NCBI GenBank assembly: GCA_037446815.1
Contig: JBBIHX010000017.1
Span: 1-34,258 of the forward strand
Length of the DNA: 34,258 nt
Reading direction: 5' to 3'
From: Caldilineae bacterium
GTDB taxonomy: Bacteria > Chloroflexota > Anaerolineae > DTLA01
This document shows positions 16,869-25,824 of this stretch, piece after piece. Position 1 is the stretch's first letter; the number at the start of each line of letters is the position of its first letter. A program made the position numbers and the translations under genes. The notes beneath the pieces were generated by a model. It saw only the letters and a list, made by a program, of their open reading frames with translations. It was not told the origin of the DNA and did not search any database.

Positions 16869-18197
16869 TCATCCGTTGGCCGCGCCCGAAAGCGAGACCG
16901 GCCCGCGCTTCACTTCGCGCAGGATGAGGTACACCAGCAGCGCCAAGAGCAGGCTGTAGATGCCCACAAACATGATGATGGTGAACAGAATCTGGCCCGC
17001 GGGCACGACGACCGACGCCGCATCGGCCGTCTTGAGCAGGCCGTACACCACCCATGGCTGGCGGCCCATCTCGGCGGCAACCCACCCGAACTCCAGCGCC
17101 AGCAGGGGCAGCAGCATGGACGCCAGCATCACCTTGAGGTACGGCCGATTGTCGAAGAGCCGTTTGCGCCACAGCAGGTACACCCCGACCAACGAGATGG
17201 CGATGAAATAGAATCCCAGGAGCATCATCACGTGGTAGGCGTAGAACGTGATCTCCACGGGCGGCCACAGGTCGCGTGGAAACCGATCCAAGCCCGCGAC
17301 GGTGGCGTTGGGGTCAAAAGAGATGAGGAAACTCAACAACTTGGGCACGGCGATGCGGAGGCGGATGGCCTGGTTGCGCACGTCGGGGATGCCGAAGAAG
17401 ACCATCGCCGCGCCGCTCTCCGTCTTGAACACGCCCTCAAAAGCGGCCATCTTGGCGGGCTGAGTCTCGGCCACCTGCACGGCATGGAAGTGCCCCACGC
17501 CTAGCACGGCCAGCGAGAACACCGCCGCCGCCACCACGGCCACCGTTAGCGACCTCTGGGCGAATTCCACGTGCCGGCCCTTGAGCAGGTACCAGGCGCT
17601 GATGCCCGCCATGAAGAACGCGCCAGACAGAACGCTGGCGACGACCGTGTGGCCGTAGCGGGGCAACGTGGACGGATTGAACACCGCGGCCCAGAAGTCG
17701 GTGAGTTCTGCTCGCCCACCCACGATGGTGTACGCGGTCGGCGTCTGCTGCCACGAGTTGGCCACGATGATCCAGAACGCCGAGAGGGTGGAGCCGACGG
17801 CCACCATCAGCGCCGATAGCCAATAGACCCGCTTGGACACGCGGTTGCGCCCCAGGATGAGCACGCCCATGAAGGTGGACTCCAAGAAGAAAGCGAAGAC
17901 GCCCTCGGCGGCCAGCGGCGAGCCGAAGATATCGCCCACGAACCGCGAGTACGTGGACCAGTTGGTGCCGAACTGGAACTCCATGGCGATGCCGGTTGCC
18001 ACACCGACCGCGAAGATGAGCGCCAGGATGCGCACCCAGAAGCGGGTCATTTCGTCATAAACCGCCTGGCCTGTGCGCAGGTAGCGCCAACCGATGTAGA
18101 CGATAAGCCAAGCGAGGCCGATGGACACAGGGGGATACAGAAAGTGGAATGCGGCGGTAAGGCCAAACTGGATACGGGCAAGGACTACAGCATCCAT
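16869..18197 (-). CDS. cydA: Cytochrome bd quinol oxidase subunit I (short Q-loop)
   Basis: FHFLYP, GVATGIAMEFQFGTNW, FFLESTF, QPAKMAAFEG, EMGRQPWVV; 442 aa. Confidence 0.97.
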   Translation of the reverse strand: MDAVVLARIQFGLTAAFHFLYPPVSIGLAWLIVYIGWRYLRTGQAVYDEMTRFWVRILALIFAVGVATGIAMEFQFGTNWSTYSRFVGDIFGSPLAAEGVFAFFLESTFMGVLILGRNRVSKRVYWLSALMVAVGSTLSAFWIIVANSWQQTPTAYTIVGGRAELTDFWAAVFNPSTLPRYGHTVVASVLSGAFFMAGISAWYLLKGRHVEFAQRSLTVAVVAAAVFSLAVLGVGHFHAVQVAETQPAKMAAFEGVFKTESGAAMVFFGIPDVRNQAIRLRIAVPKLLSFLISFDPNATVAGLDRFPRDLWPPVEITFYAYHVMMLLGFYFIAISLVGVYLLWRKRLFDNRPYLKVMLASMLLPLLALEFGWVAAEMGRQPWVVYGLLKTADAASVVVPAGQILFTIIMFVGIYSLLLALLVYLILREVKRGPVSLSGAANG

Positions 18198-18248
18198 AAG
18201 CGAGCACCTCCCTTATGTGAGTATTCGCGCCAAGCGGCGGCCCCCGGG

Positions 18249-18671
18249 TTACGGCGAGCGCAGCGATCCGCCCTCGGCCAGGGTGGCGAACGTCGTGCTG
18301 CGCAGAAAATCCATCAACATGCCGCTTGCCTGAACCCAGGCAAGGTGCACGGTACATTGCTCCATGAGGGGGCAGATCTGCGGATCACGGACGCAGGTGT
18401 TGAGGATGGGCGGCCCCTCCATGCCGTCTACCACGTCCAGAAGCGAAATCTCCGCGGGCGGGCGGGCCAGGGAAATGCCCCCGCCGACCCCCCGGGCGCT
18501 GGTGAGGATGCCAGCGTTCCCCAGCCGGGTAACCACCCGCCGCACGATGGCGCGGGGCACGTGGCACTGCCGCGCCACCTCCTGGGCTGTGGTGCGCGCC
18601 CCGGGCGGCATCCGGGCCAGAAACAGCACGATGCGCGCTGCGTAGTCCGTCTCGCGGTTGATGACAAGCAT
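18249..18671 (-). CDS. Rrf2-family transcriptional regulator with three C-terminal Cys (probable Fe-S)
   Basis: TDYAAR, SARGVGGGISLARPPAEISLLDVV, C-x6-C-x5-C; AAGGGAGG RBS before ATG 18671. Confidence 0.93.
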   Translation of the reverse strand: MLVINRETDYAARIVLFLARMPPGARTTAQEVARQCHVPRAIVRRVVTRLGNAGILTSARGVGGGISLARPPAEISLLDVVDGMEGPPILNTCVRDPQICPLMEQCTVHLAWVQASGMLMDFLRSTTFATLAEGGSLRSP

Positions 18672-18698
18672 GGCGTGCCTCCCTTGCCGAGGGGCAAA

Positions 18699-18745
18699 TG
18701 ATACTTTTTCAGTATTATTATAACCCCAAAAGGCGCCTTTGTCAA
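18699..18745 (-). promoter_or_regulatory. rrf2-cydAB promoter with overlapping palindromic operator
   Basis: TTGACA-17 bp-TATAAT (18717-18745); inverted repeat TGATACT-N5-AGTATTA (18699-18717) over the predicted start site. Confidence 0.8.
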
Positions 18746-18782
18746 GGGTTTTGAATGGGGATAGCGCGCGATGCGCCTCCCA

Positions 18783-18915
18783 TCCCGGCGGGCGAGGGAG
18801 CGTTGCCCTCACCCCAGCCCTCTCCCGGCGGGCGAGGGGGCGCCTGCGGTCATTATGAGGCGCGAAGCGCCGAAGAATCTCTATCTATTCGTGTAGATTC
18901 GTATTATTCGTGGAT
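18783..18915. repeat. Mosaic of three repeat families (CCCTCACCCCAGCCCTCTCCC x1.5, GTCATTATGAG...GAAGAATCT, ATTCGTG units)
   Basis: Segments match 6982-7014, 29855-29887 and 1821-1849. Confidence 0.8.
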
Positions 18916-19779
18916 ATAACCCGTCAGGAATGCGCGCGCGGCCTCGGCCACCCGCTCCCACGGCATGCAGGCCACATCGCGGAGCGTCCGCCCGCGCTCC
19001 AGACCGGCGATGAACTCGCGGCCCAGGTAATAACCCGTTTGGCTGTGTCCCTGAATTTCATACCACGAGCCGAAGAAGTCGCGGACGTCCCCGCCGCAAT
19101 CGGCGCGGCGCAGGAACTTGGCGGCCAACACGGCGCGATGCGCGGAGCACCACGCCAGCCAGTCCGCATCCTGCGCCAGGCGCCCCGCGCCGCCGAGAAT
19201 CACCTCCTCGCACCGCAGGGCGAACCCCTCGCTGTACAACAGGCACAGCGGGTCGCGCTCGCGAGCCTCAAAGCCTTCCCACTCCCCGCGCCAGGCCATG
19301 TGCGCGAGGTGCCCCAGTTCGTGCGCCACAAGCCCTCGCAGCCGTTCGGGGGTGTGCCAGCGTTCTTCCGCGATGTTCTCCAGCCCCAGCAGGCAAGCGG
19401 GCGCGCCCTCGTATCGCGTCGCCCAGCCCGCGCCGCAGCCGATGCCCACGTAGATGACGAACGCCACGTCAAAATCCAGGCCCAGCGCCGCCACCGCGCG
19501 CCCGTGGATGGGGCCGCAGACCCGCAGCAGGTTGTCGCGGGCCTCCTGCATGAGGGGCAGGCGTTCGGGGAGGTAGGGGAGGATTCGTTCCGCCGCGATG
19601 GCCTTCCAATCCGCCCCCTGCGCCTCGTAATCCTCCACCTGCTTGCGCAGGAGTTCGGGGTAGCGCGCCATGTAGTCCGCGCGCCATCGCTCGGCCTGCT
19701 CCGCCACGGGCAGCGAACAGCATCGGGCCCAGAAGCGCAGGAAATCGTCCCATGTGTCCAGAATGCGGTACGCGGCCAT
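18904..19779 (-). CDS. Putative zinc-dependent protease (DUF2268-like)
   Basis: VAHELGH (HExxH), downstream LYSEG third-ligand motif, GYYLG; family assignment from motifs only. Confidence 0.6.
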   Translation of the reverse strand: MAAYRILDTWDDFLRFWARCCSLPVAEQAERWRADYMARYPELLRKQVEDYEAQGADWKAIAAERILPYLPERLPLMQEARDNLLRVCGPIHGRAVAALGLDFDVAFVIYVGIGCGAGWATRYEGAPACLLGLENIAEERWHTPERLRGLVAHELGHLAHMAWRGEWEGFEARERDPLCLLYSEGFALRCEEVILGGAGRLAQDADWLAWCSAHRAVLAAKFLRRADCGGDVRDFFGSWYEIQGHSQTGYYLGREFIAGLERGRTLRDVACMPWERVAEAARAFLTGYIHE

Positions 19780-19799
19780 CGCTCTTCCCAGGGCAGGCG

Positions 19800-20054
19800 C
19801 TACAAGCCCATGCGCCGCGCCTTCTCGGTGAGCGCCCACACGCGCTGCGCCGTGCCCACCGAGCACACGGCCGCGCTGGGGCACCCGGCGCACGCGGACT
19901 GGCACGCGCCCGCCACCGGCTCCAGATAGCCCAGGCGCGCCAGGTCGGCCAGCATCCGCTCCACCATGTCGCGGCTGGTGCCCAGTTCTCGCGCCAGCGA
20001 TTCGGGCGTGTGCGCGCCGCCATCCGCCAGGAGTTTCAGCAATTCCTCTAGCAC
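19800..20054 (-). CDS. feoC: FeoC-like winged-helix protein with Cys cluster
   Basis: LARELGTSRDMVERMLADLARLGYL helix-turn-helix plus C-x3-C-x2-C-x5-C; GTG start after GGGAGA; near feoAB. Confidence 0.75.
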   Translation of the reverse strand: MLEELLKLLADGGAHTPESLARELGTSRDMVERMLADLARLGYLEPVAGACQSACAGCPSAAVCSVGTAQRVWALTEKARRMGL

Positions 20055-20076
20055 GCAGTCTCTCCCAGAATTCCTT

Positions 20077-20212
20077 ACCGCAGAGGCCAGAGGGCGCAAA
20101 GTGTAGACAATTCCCAGCGTTCTCTGTGCCTCCGCGGTGTATTCCCGCTTACACGAAAACACAAACTGCAAAGAAAGTGTTCTTCCCTGCGCTCTCTGGG
20201 TTCTCGGCGGTG
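20077..20212. repeat. ACCGCAGAGG...CCTCCGCGGT palindrome plus an extra half copy
   Basis: Same family as 12754-12828. Confidence 0.65.
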
Positions 20213-20218
20213 AATGCC

Positions 20219-20995
20219 CTACACGTCAAACTCGGCGACGAGGACGGTGTGATCCGACGGCTTCTCGGCCTTGCGCGGCTCCAGGTCAATCCACGCGGCG
20301 GTGCAGCGGCGGGCGAGCGGCTCCGTCGCCCAGATGTGATCCACGCGCCAGCCCACGGCCCGCTCCAGCGAGCCGCGGATGCGGTAATCGTAGTACGTGT
20401 ACTGCCCCGCCTCGCCCGGGTGGTGCTTGCGGAACACGTCCACGAACCCCCATTGCCGGATGCGCTCCAGGGCGGCGCGGGCCTCCGGGTGGAAGTCCAC
20501 ATGGTCTTTCAGCCGCTTGGGGTCGTACACGTCTATGTCCTCCGGCGCCACGTTGAAGTCGCCGAGCCAGATGAGCGGCTTGTCCGGCGCGTAGTGGCGC
20601 GCGAAGAAGTCCCGCAGCCTTGCCAGCCAGTGGAGTTTGTACTGGAACTCCGGCGCGTCGGCCAACTTGCCCTGGGGCACGTAGGTGTTGACGATGGGGA
20701 TGCCGCCTACGACCGCGCGCAGAAGGCGATGCTCGTCGGGTTCCTCGCCGTCGTCCAGGCCGAAGGCAACCTGCTCTGGCTCAGCGCGGCTGAACAGCGC
20801 CACACCGCCGTAGGCCTTCTGGCCGCGGAACACGATGTGGTAGCCGCTGTCGGCGAAGGCGTCCAGCGGAAACTCGGAGTCCTGCACCTTGATTTCCTGG
20901 ACACCCAGCACGTCCGGGCGCTCCTTCGCCAGCCAGTCCAAAATGATCGGAATGCGGCTGCGAATGGAGTTCACATTGAACGTCGCAACTTTCAT
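20219..20995 (-). CDS. xth: Exodeoxyribonuclease III (AP endonuclease)
   Basis: MKVATFNVNSIRSR, QEIK, YVPQG, GDFNVAP, GWRVDHI, PSDH. Confidence 0.96.
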   Translation of the reverse strand: MKVATFNVNSIRSRIPIILDWLAKERPDVLGVQEIKVQDSEFPLDAFADSGYHIVFRGQKAYGGVALFSRAEPEQVAFGLDDGEEPDEHRLLRAVVGGIPIVNTYVPQGKLADAPEFQYKLHWLARLRDFFARHYAPDKPLIWLGDFNVAPEDIDVYDPKRLKDHVDFHPEARAALERIRQWGFVDVFRKHHPGEAGQYTYYDYRIRGSLERAVGWRVDHIWATEPLARRCTAAWIDLEPRKAEKPSDHTVLVAEFDV

Positions 20996-21026
20996 CCCAC
21001 TGCCCTCCGTCGCGTTCTCACGGGCA

Positions 21027-23108
21027 TTATACACCCCAGCCCGCGAGAAGGGCCAGTTGGTACACGCCGATGCCGACCGCGAAGGAGACGACGAACAGCA
21101 GAAGGACGCTGGCCGCCGTCCACTTCCACGAACCCGTCTCCTGCCGTATGGTGGCCACCGTCGCCGCACAGGGGATGAAGAGCACCTGCACGACGAGGAA
21201 CGCCAGGGCCGACGCGGGCGACAGGATCGTCGGCAGCACCTGGGCCAGGCCTGCCCCCTCACCGCCAACGCCCAGCAGGACGCCCAGGGTGGCGATGGTG
21301 TTCTCCTTGGCGACGAAACTGGTGAGGAGCGCCACCATCATCTGCCAGCCGACGCCGAACAGCGCGCCCAACGGGCTGAGGAAACGCCCGATGGCGGCCA
21401 GATAACTGGTCTCCACCTCCCCGTGGGGCAGCACCGACAGCGCCCATACGACCGCGGACACAAGGAGTATGATGGTCCCCGCCTTGCGCACGAACCCCAT
21501 GGTCCGCTGCCACACCGACAGCCCGATGGTGCGGGCGTTGGGCTTGTGGTACAGCGGCAGTTCCATGATGAACGCCACGTGCTCGCCGCCCAGCACCAGT
21601 TCGTGTAACGCGATGCCCACTACCCCCAGCACCACGAGGCTCAACGCGATCAGCCCCCACGAGACCCAGATGGCGGCCGAACCGAAGAAGATAGGCGCCA
21701 GGACCGCTACCACCGCCATCCTAGCCGTGCAGGGCACCAGCGGCGCGACGAGGATGGTGAGCAGGCGCGCCTTGGGCGAATCCACGATGCGCGCGCCCAT
21801 GACGGCGGGGACGTTGCATCCAAACCCCAGGAACAGCGGCAAGAAACTCTTGCCATGCAAGCCCATGAAGTGCATGAAGCGGTCCATGACGTAGGCGGCG
21901 CGAGCCATGTAGCCGATGTCCTCCAGCGCGCCCAGCACCGCGAAGAAGATGACGAGAATCGGCAGGAACGTGAGCACCATCCCCGCCCCGCCGATGACGC
22001 CATCGGCCAGCAGTCCGACAACCCACCACGGAGCCGCGGCGAGGTTCGTCCGCACCCACTCGGCGCCCGCCTGAATCACGTAGGTGTCCAGGAAGCCCTG
22101 AATGGGCGCGCCGATGGCGTAGGTGAGCCAGAAGATGACCCCCAGCACGCCCAGGAGAACAATCAGCCCCCAGATGGGGTGGGTCGCTACTTTATCTATG
22201 CGGTCGGTCAGGGTAATCTGCCCGGCCTTCGGCGCGGTGAGCGCGGCGCGGGTCATCCGCCGCACCCACTCGTAGCGCCCACCGGCGATGGCAAGGATGG
22301 CGTCCTCGTGCCGCATGAGCACGCGGTGCACCCGCTCCCATTGCTCAGGGGTAAGGCGCGCCCGCATCATCTCGGTGATCTCCTCGTCGCCTTCCAGCAT
22401 CTTCAGGGCCACCCAGTCCTCAGGATAGGGTTCGGGCACACTTCCGGCGATGAGGCTCGTGATTTCGGCCAGCACCTCGCGATGGTCCTCGCGGATGTCC
22501 GGACGGCAGGCACCGCGCGGCCCTTCCCGGTACACCCGCAGCACCGTGTCCACCAGTTCGCGCACGCCCTGGTTCTTGGACGCCACCATCGGGACAACGG
22601 GAATGCCCAGGGCCGCCTCCAGCACGTGCGGCTCAATGCCCAGGCCCTGCTGTTGGGCCACGTCCACCATGTTGAGCGCCAGAACGACGGGCGCGGGCAG
22701 GCAGAGAATCTCCGACAACAGGTACAGGTTCCGCTCCAGCGACGCGGCGTCGGCCACCATGACCACCACATCCGGCCGCTCGTGGATGATGTAGTCGCGG
22801 GTGATGCGCTCCTCCAGTGAGTTGGCCGTCAGGCTGTAGGTTCCGGGCAGGTCCACGATCTGCAGGTCCGTGCCGTCGCAACGATGGATGCCTTCCTTGC
22901 GCTCCACGGTCTTGCCCGGCCAGTTGCCCACGTGCTGATTCAGGCCCGTGAGCAGGTTGAACACGGTGGACTTGCCCACGTTGGGCTGGCCCACCAGCGC
23001 CACGCGGACCGCGCACGGCCCCGCGCTGACCGCAGAACCGCCATCGGCGCAGCACGCCCCCAGGAGGGGCACGGATGCGCTGCGTGTGGGTTCATCGGGA
23101 TTCTTCAT
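21027..23108 (-). CDS. feoB: Ferrous iron transporter FeoB
   Basis: GQPNVGKS, VGNWPGKTVE, DLPG, NMVD, GFGCNVP, PCTAR, FIMELP. Confidence 0.97.
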   Translation of the reverse strand: MKNPDEPTRSASVPLLGACCADGGSAVSAGPCAVRVALVGQPNVGKSTVFNLLTGLNQHVGNWPGKTVERKEGIHRCDGTDLQIVDLPGTYSLTANSLEERITRDYIIHERPDVVVMVADAASLERNLYLLSEILCLPAPVVLALNMVDVAQQQGLGIEPHVLEAALGIPVVPMVASKNQGVRELVDTVLRVYREGPRGACRPDIREDHREVLAEITSLIAGSVPEPYPEDWVALKMLEGDEEITEMMRARLTPEQWERVHRVLMRHEDAILAIAGGRYEWVRRMTRAALTAPKAGQITLTDRIDKVATHPIWGLIVLLGVLGVIFWLTYAIGAPIQGFLDTYVIQAGAEWVRTNLAAAPWWVVGLLADGVIGGAGMVLTFLPILVIFFAVLGALEDIGYMARAAYVMDRFMHFMGLHGKSFLPLFLGFGCNVPAVMGARIVDSPKARLLTILVAPLVPCTARMAVVAVLAPIFFGSAAIWVSWGLIALSLVVLGVVGIALHELVLGGEHVAFIMELPLYHKPNARTIGLSVWQRTMGFVRKAGTIILLVSAVVWALSVLPHGEVETSYLAAIGRFLSPLGALFGVGWQMMVALLTSFVAKENTIATLGVLLGVGGEGAGLAQVLPTILSPASALAFLVVQVLFIPCAATVATIRQETGSWKWTAASVLLLFVVSFAVGIGVYQLALLAGWGV

Positions 23109-23403
23109 GCGCCTCGCCTCCATTGGCCGTGATCCACACATGCTCTGCCTCGCCCCTGCCCAGGGCGATGCGAGTGCCGCGCACCAGCACAATGACAGGC
23201 CCGCGGCCGAAGTTCTGAATCATGGTAACCTGGGCGCCGGGCGTGAACCCCAGCGCGGCCATGCGCGTGGTGAAGCCGCGCCCGCCCTGAAGTTCGGCGA
23301 CGGTCCCGGTCTTGCCGGCGGGCAACGCGCCAAGCGTGATGCGGCCGCCTTCTGCCGCCGAAGTCGCGGTGTGTCGCACGTGGTGTCTACGCATTGCAAA
23401 CAT
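23092..23403 (-). CDS. feoA: FeoA
   Basis: RMAALGFTPG...GPVIVLVRGTRIALGR SH3-like motif; overlaps the feoB start. Confidence 0.92.
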   Translation of the reverse strand: MFAMRRHHVRHTATSAAEGGRITLGALPAGKTGTVAELQGGRGFTTRMAALGFTPGAQVTMIQNFGRGPVIVLVRGTRIALGRGEAEHVWITANGGEAHEESR

Positions 23404-23413
23404 GACGCCCTCC

Positions 23414-24064
23414 TCAATCCTTGCTCACCAGGATACGCATGGCAAGGTTCTGCCCAAGGGCAACTGCCGTCTCGCCCACCCGAATCATCATGGGGCCCTC
23501 AAACGGTGCGACGCTTTCCACCACCACCGATGTGCCCGGCCGCAGCCCCAGGTCGCTCAAGTACGTCAGCACGCCGGGTTCCTCCTCCGGCACCTCCAGA
23601 ATCGTTGCCAGGTCGCCGGCAGCCAGCGTGGACAGCGGATGTCCGCCTCGGTGCGCCATCTCGCCCGTGGCGCTTGGAACCAGATGGCCGTGGGGGCAGG
23701 TGTCGGGCTCGCCGAGAAACCGCTCCAGCCGGTCTATAAGGCTGGGGGACGAGACATGCTCCAGATCGCAGGCCGCCTCGTGGGCCTCCTCCCAGGGCAT
23801 GCCCAGCATGTCCACCAGGAAGCGCTCCCATAGGCGATGCCGCCGCAGGATGTTCAGGGCGCGCGCTTCGCCCTCGGCGGTGAGGGTTACGCCCTTGTAT
23901 GGGGCATAGGCCACGAGGCCGTCCCGTTCCAGGCGGCGCACCATCTCGTTGGCGGATACCGACGACACGCCCAGCCGCTCGGCGAGGGCTGGGATGCCGG
24001 CGGGCACGCCGCCTCGCGCCAACTTGTAGATGGCCTCCAGATATTCTTCCACGTTCTGGGACAT
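23414..24064 (-). CDS. DtxR/IdeR/MntR-family metal-dependent repressor with C-terminal FeoA-like domain
   Basis: EEYLEAIY, RRHRLWERFL, HEAACDLEH, CPHGH. Confidence 0.95.
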   Translation of the reverse strand: MSQNVEEYLEAIYKLARGGVPAGIPALAERLGVSSVSANEMVRRLERDGLVAYAPYKGVTLTAEGEARALNILRRHRLWERFLVDMLGMPWEEAHEAACDLEHVSSPSLIDRLERFLGEPDTCPHGHLVPSATGEMAHRGGHPLSTLAAGDLATILEVPEEEPGVLTYLSDLGLRPGTSVVVESVAPFEGPMMIRVGETAVALGQNLAMRILVSKD

Positions 24065-24087
24065 TGTGTCGCTGCTCCCGATGATGA

Positions 24088-24151
24088 TTAGGAATGCCTT
24101 ATTTCAAAGATTAGGATACCCTATTATATCGCGCCGTGCGCAGGCTGTCAA
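24088..24151 (-). promoter_or_regulatory. dtxR-feoAB promoter with tandem DtxR-type boxes
   Basis: TTGACA-17 bp-TATAAT (24123-24151); TTAGGAATGCCTTA (24088-24101) and TTAGGATACCCTAT (24111-24124). Confidence 0.8.
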
Positions 24152-24193
24152 ACCGTGCCGCTGGGCCGAAGGTGCCGCTCCCCTTCGGGCCGC

Positions 24194-24393
24194 ATCCACG
24201 GATAGCACGGATTGACGGGTGAGGCGCGAGATGCTTCGCCTTCGGCTCAGCATGACAGAGCGGGGAGGCTGTGCGCCGTACAGACCAACACAAGATGAAA
24301 CCGACTCCTATAGCCCGGCGGCTTTGGCCCCGCGCGGGAGAGGGCTGGGGTGAGGGGTAACGCGCGACGCACCTCCGAGGTGCGTCGCACGTT
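24194..24393 (+). repeat. Repeat mosaic including the right half of the inverted-end element (E3)
   Basis: AGATGCTTCGCCTTCGGCTCAGCATGAC (identical to 29896-29923), right end CCAACACAAGATGAAACCGA (24285-24304), GGCGGCTTTGGCCCCGCGC, GGGAGAGGGCTGGGGTGAGGG, GCGACGCACCT/AGGTGCGTCGC hairpin. Confidence 0.82.
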
Positions 24394-24475
24394 CTTCGCC
24401 CGCTCGCACAGCGGCGCGCTGCCATGGATCCGGCTCCGGCGGCGTGCGGCATTTTGGCGCGAAAGGGCCAGTCTG

Positions 24476-24484
24476 TGGTATAAT
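24476..24484 (+). promoter_or_regulatory. Extended -10 promoter of yebC-ruvCA
   Basis: TGGTATAAT about 70 bp before the ATG. Confidence 0.6.
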
Positions 24485-24552
24485 GTGCACAACGACTGTT
24501 CTTCCCGCCCTATGCTGTGCGGGAAGGCTTTTCTCTGAGGGGAGAGGAGTAT

Positions 24553-25311
24553 ATGTCAGGACACTCCAAGTGGTCAACGATCAAGCGCCAGAAAGGCGTT
24601 GCCGATGCCAGGCGCGGGGCTCTTTTCACCAAGTTGGGCCGCGAAATCGCCGTAGCGGCGCGCGAAGGGGGCGGCGACCCATCCGCCAATTTCAAGTTGC
24701 GCCTCATCATAGACAAGGCCAAGGCCGCCAACATGCCCAAGGAGAACATAGAGCGGGCCATCAAGCGCGGCACCGGCGAACTGAAAGGCGAGGCCGAGTT
24801 TGAGATCACCTACGAGGGGTACGGCCCCAACGGCGTGGCAGTGCTGGTCAAAGTCCTCACCGACAACCGCAACCGCGCTGCCGCCGAAGTCCGCCGCGTC
24901 TTCACGCGCCACGGCGGCAGCCTCGGCGAAACCGGGTGCGTCGCCTGGATGTTTGAGCCGAAGGGCTATCTCGCCGTCAAGGTGAACGACGGGCAGGACC
25001 CCGACGAAATCGCCATGATCGCCATTGACGCCGGTGCGGATGACGTTGTCCCCTCTGACGACACCGTTGAGGTCTACACCAAGGTGGAAGACTTCCAGTG
25101 GGTGCGCGAAGCCCTGGAGAAGCGCGGGTTTGAACTGGAAGAGCAGGAACCCATCTGGATGACCCCCAAGACCCTGATGCGGCTTGGAGAAAAAGAGACC
25201 TTGCAGGCCATGAGCCTCATTGACGCGCTGGAGGAACTGGAAGACGTTTCCAAAGTCTTCACCAACCTGGACATCCCCGATGAGGTCATGGAGAAGTATC
25301 AGGCTGCGTAG
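24553..25311 (+). CDS. yebC: YebC/PmpR (TACO1) family protein
   Basis: MSGHSKWSTIKRQKG, YEGYGPNG, TDNRNR; GAGGAG RBS. Confidence 0.97.
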   Translation: MSGHSKWSTIKRQKGVADARRGALFTKLGREIAVAAREGGGDPSANFKLRLIIDKAKAANMPKENIERAIKRGTGELKGEAEFEITYEGYGPNGVAVLVKVLTDNRNRAAAEVRRVFTRHGGSLGETGCVAWMFEPKGYLAVKVNDGQDPDEIAMIAIDAGADDVVPSDDTVEVYTKVEDFQWVREALEKRGFELEEQEPIWMTPKTLMRLGEKETLQAMSLIDALEELEDVSKVFTNLDIPDEVMEKYQAA

Positions 25312-25821
25312 ATGTTGGCGCTGGGGATAGACCCGGGGACGGCCACCACCGGCTTCGGCGTGGTGCGAGAGCAGGATGGCGCGTACCATCTGGTGGAGTG
25401 CGGCGTCATCCTTACGCCCGCGCATGAGGCCATGCCCCAGCGGCTGCTCCTGCTCCACGACCGCTTGCTGGCGATCCTTGCGGCGCATCGCCCCGACGCC
25501 GTCGCTGTGGAAGAACTCTTCTTCAACAAGAACGTTCGGACGGCCATCGCGGTCGGGCAGGCGCGCGGGGTCGTCCTTTTGGCTGCGGCGCAGGCGGGCA
25601 TCCCGCTCTACGAGTACACGCCGCTCCAGGTGAAGCAGGCGGTGGTGGGCTACGGACGCGCCGAGAAGCACCAGGTGCAGGAGATGGTGCGCATCCTGCT
25701 GGGGCTGGATGGCATCCCCCAACCGGACGACGCCGCCGACGCCGTGGCCGTGGCCCTGTGCCACCTGCAATCGTTCAACCTCTACCGGAAACTGGCGGAA
25801 GCCACTCAACAGGGAGGGTGA
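25312..25821 (+). CDS. ruvC: Holliday junction resolvase RuvC
   Basis: LGIDPG, VEELFF, VGYGRAEK, DDAADAVAVA. Confidence 0.97.
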   Translation: MLALGIDPGTATTGFGVVREQDGAYHLVECGVILTPAHEAMPQRLLLLHDRLLAILAAHRPDAVAVEELFFNKNVRTAIAVGQARGVVLLAAAQAGIPLYEYTPLQVKQAVVGYGRAEKHQVQEMVRILLGLDGIPQPDDAADAVAVALCHLQSFNLYRKLAEATQQGG

Positions 25822-25824
25822 ACC

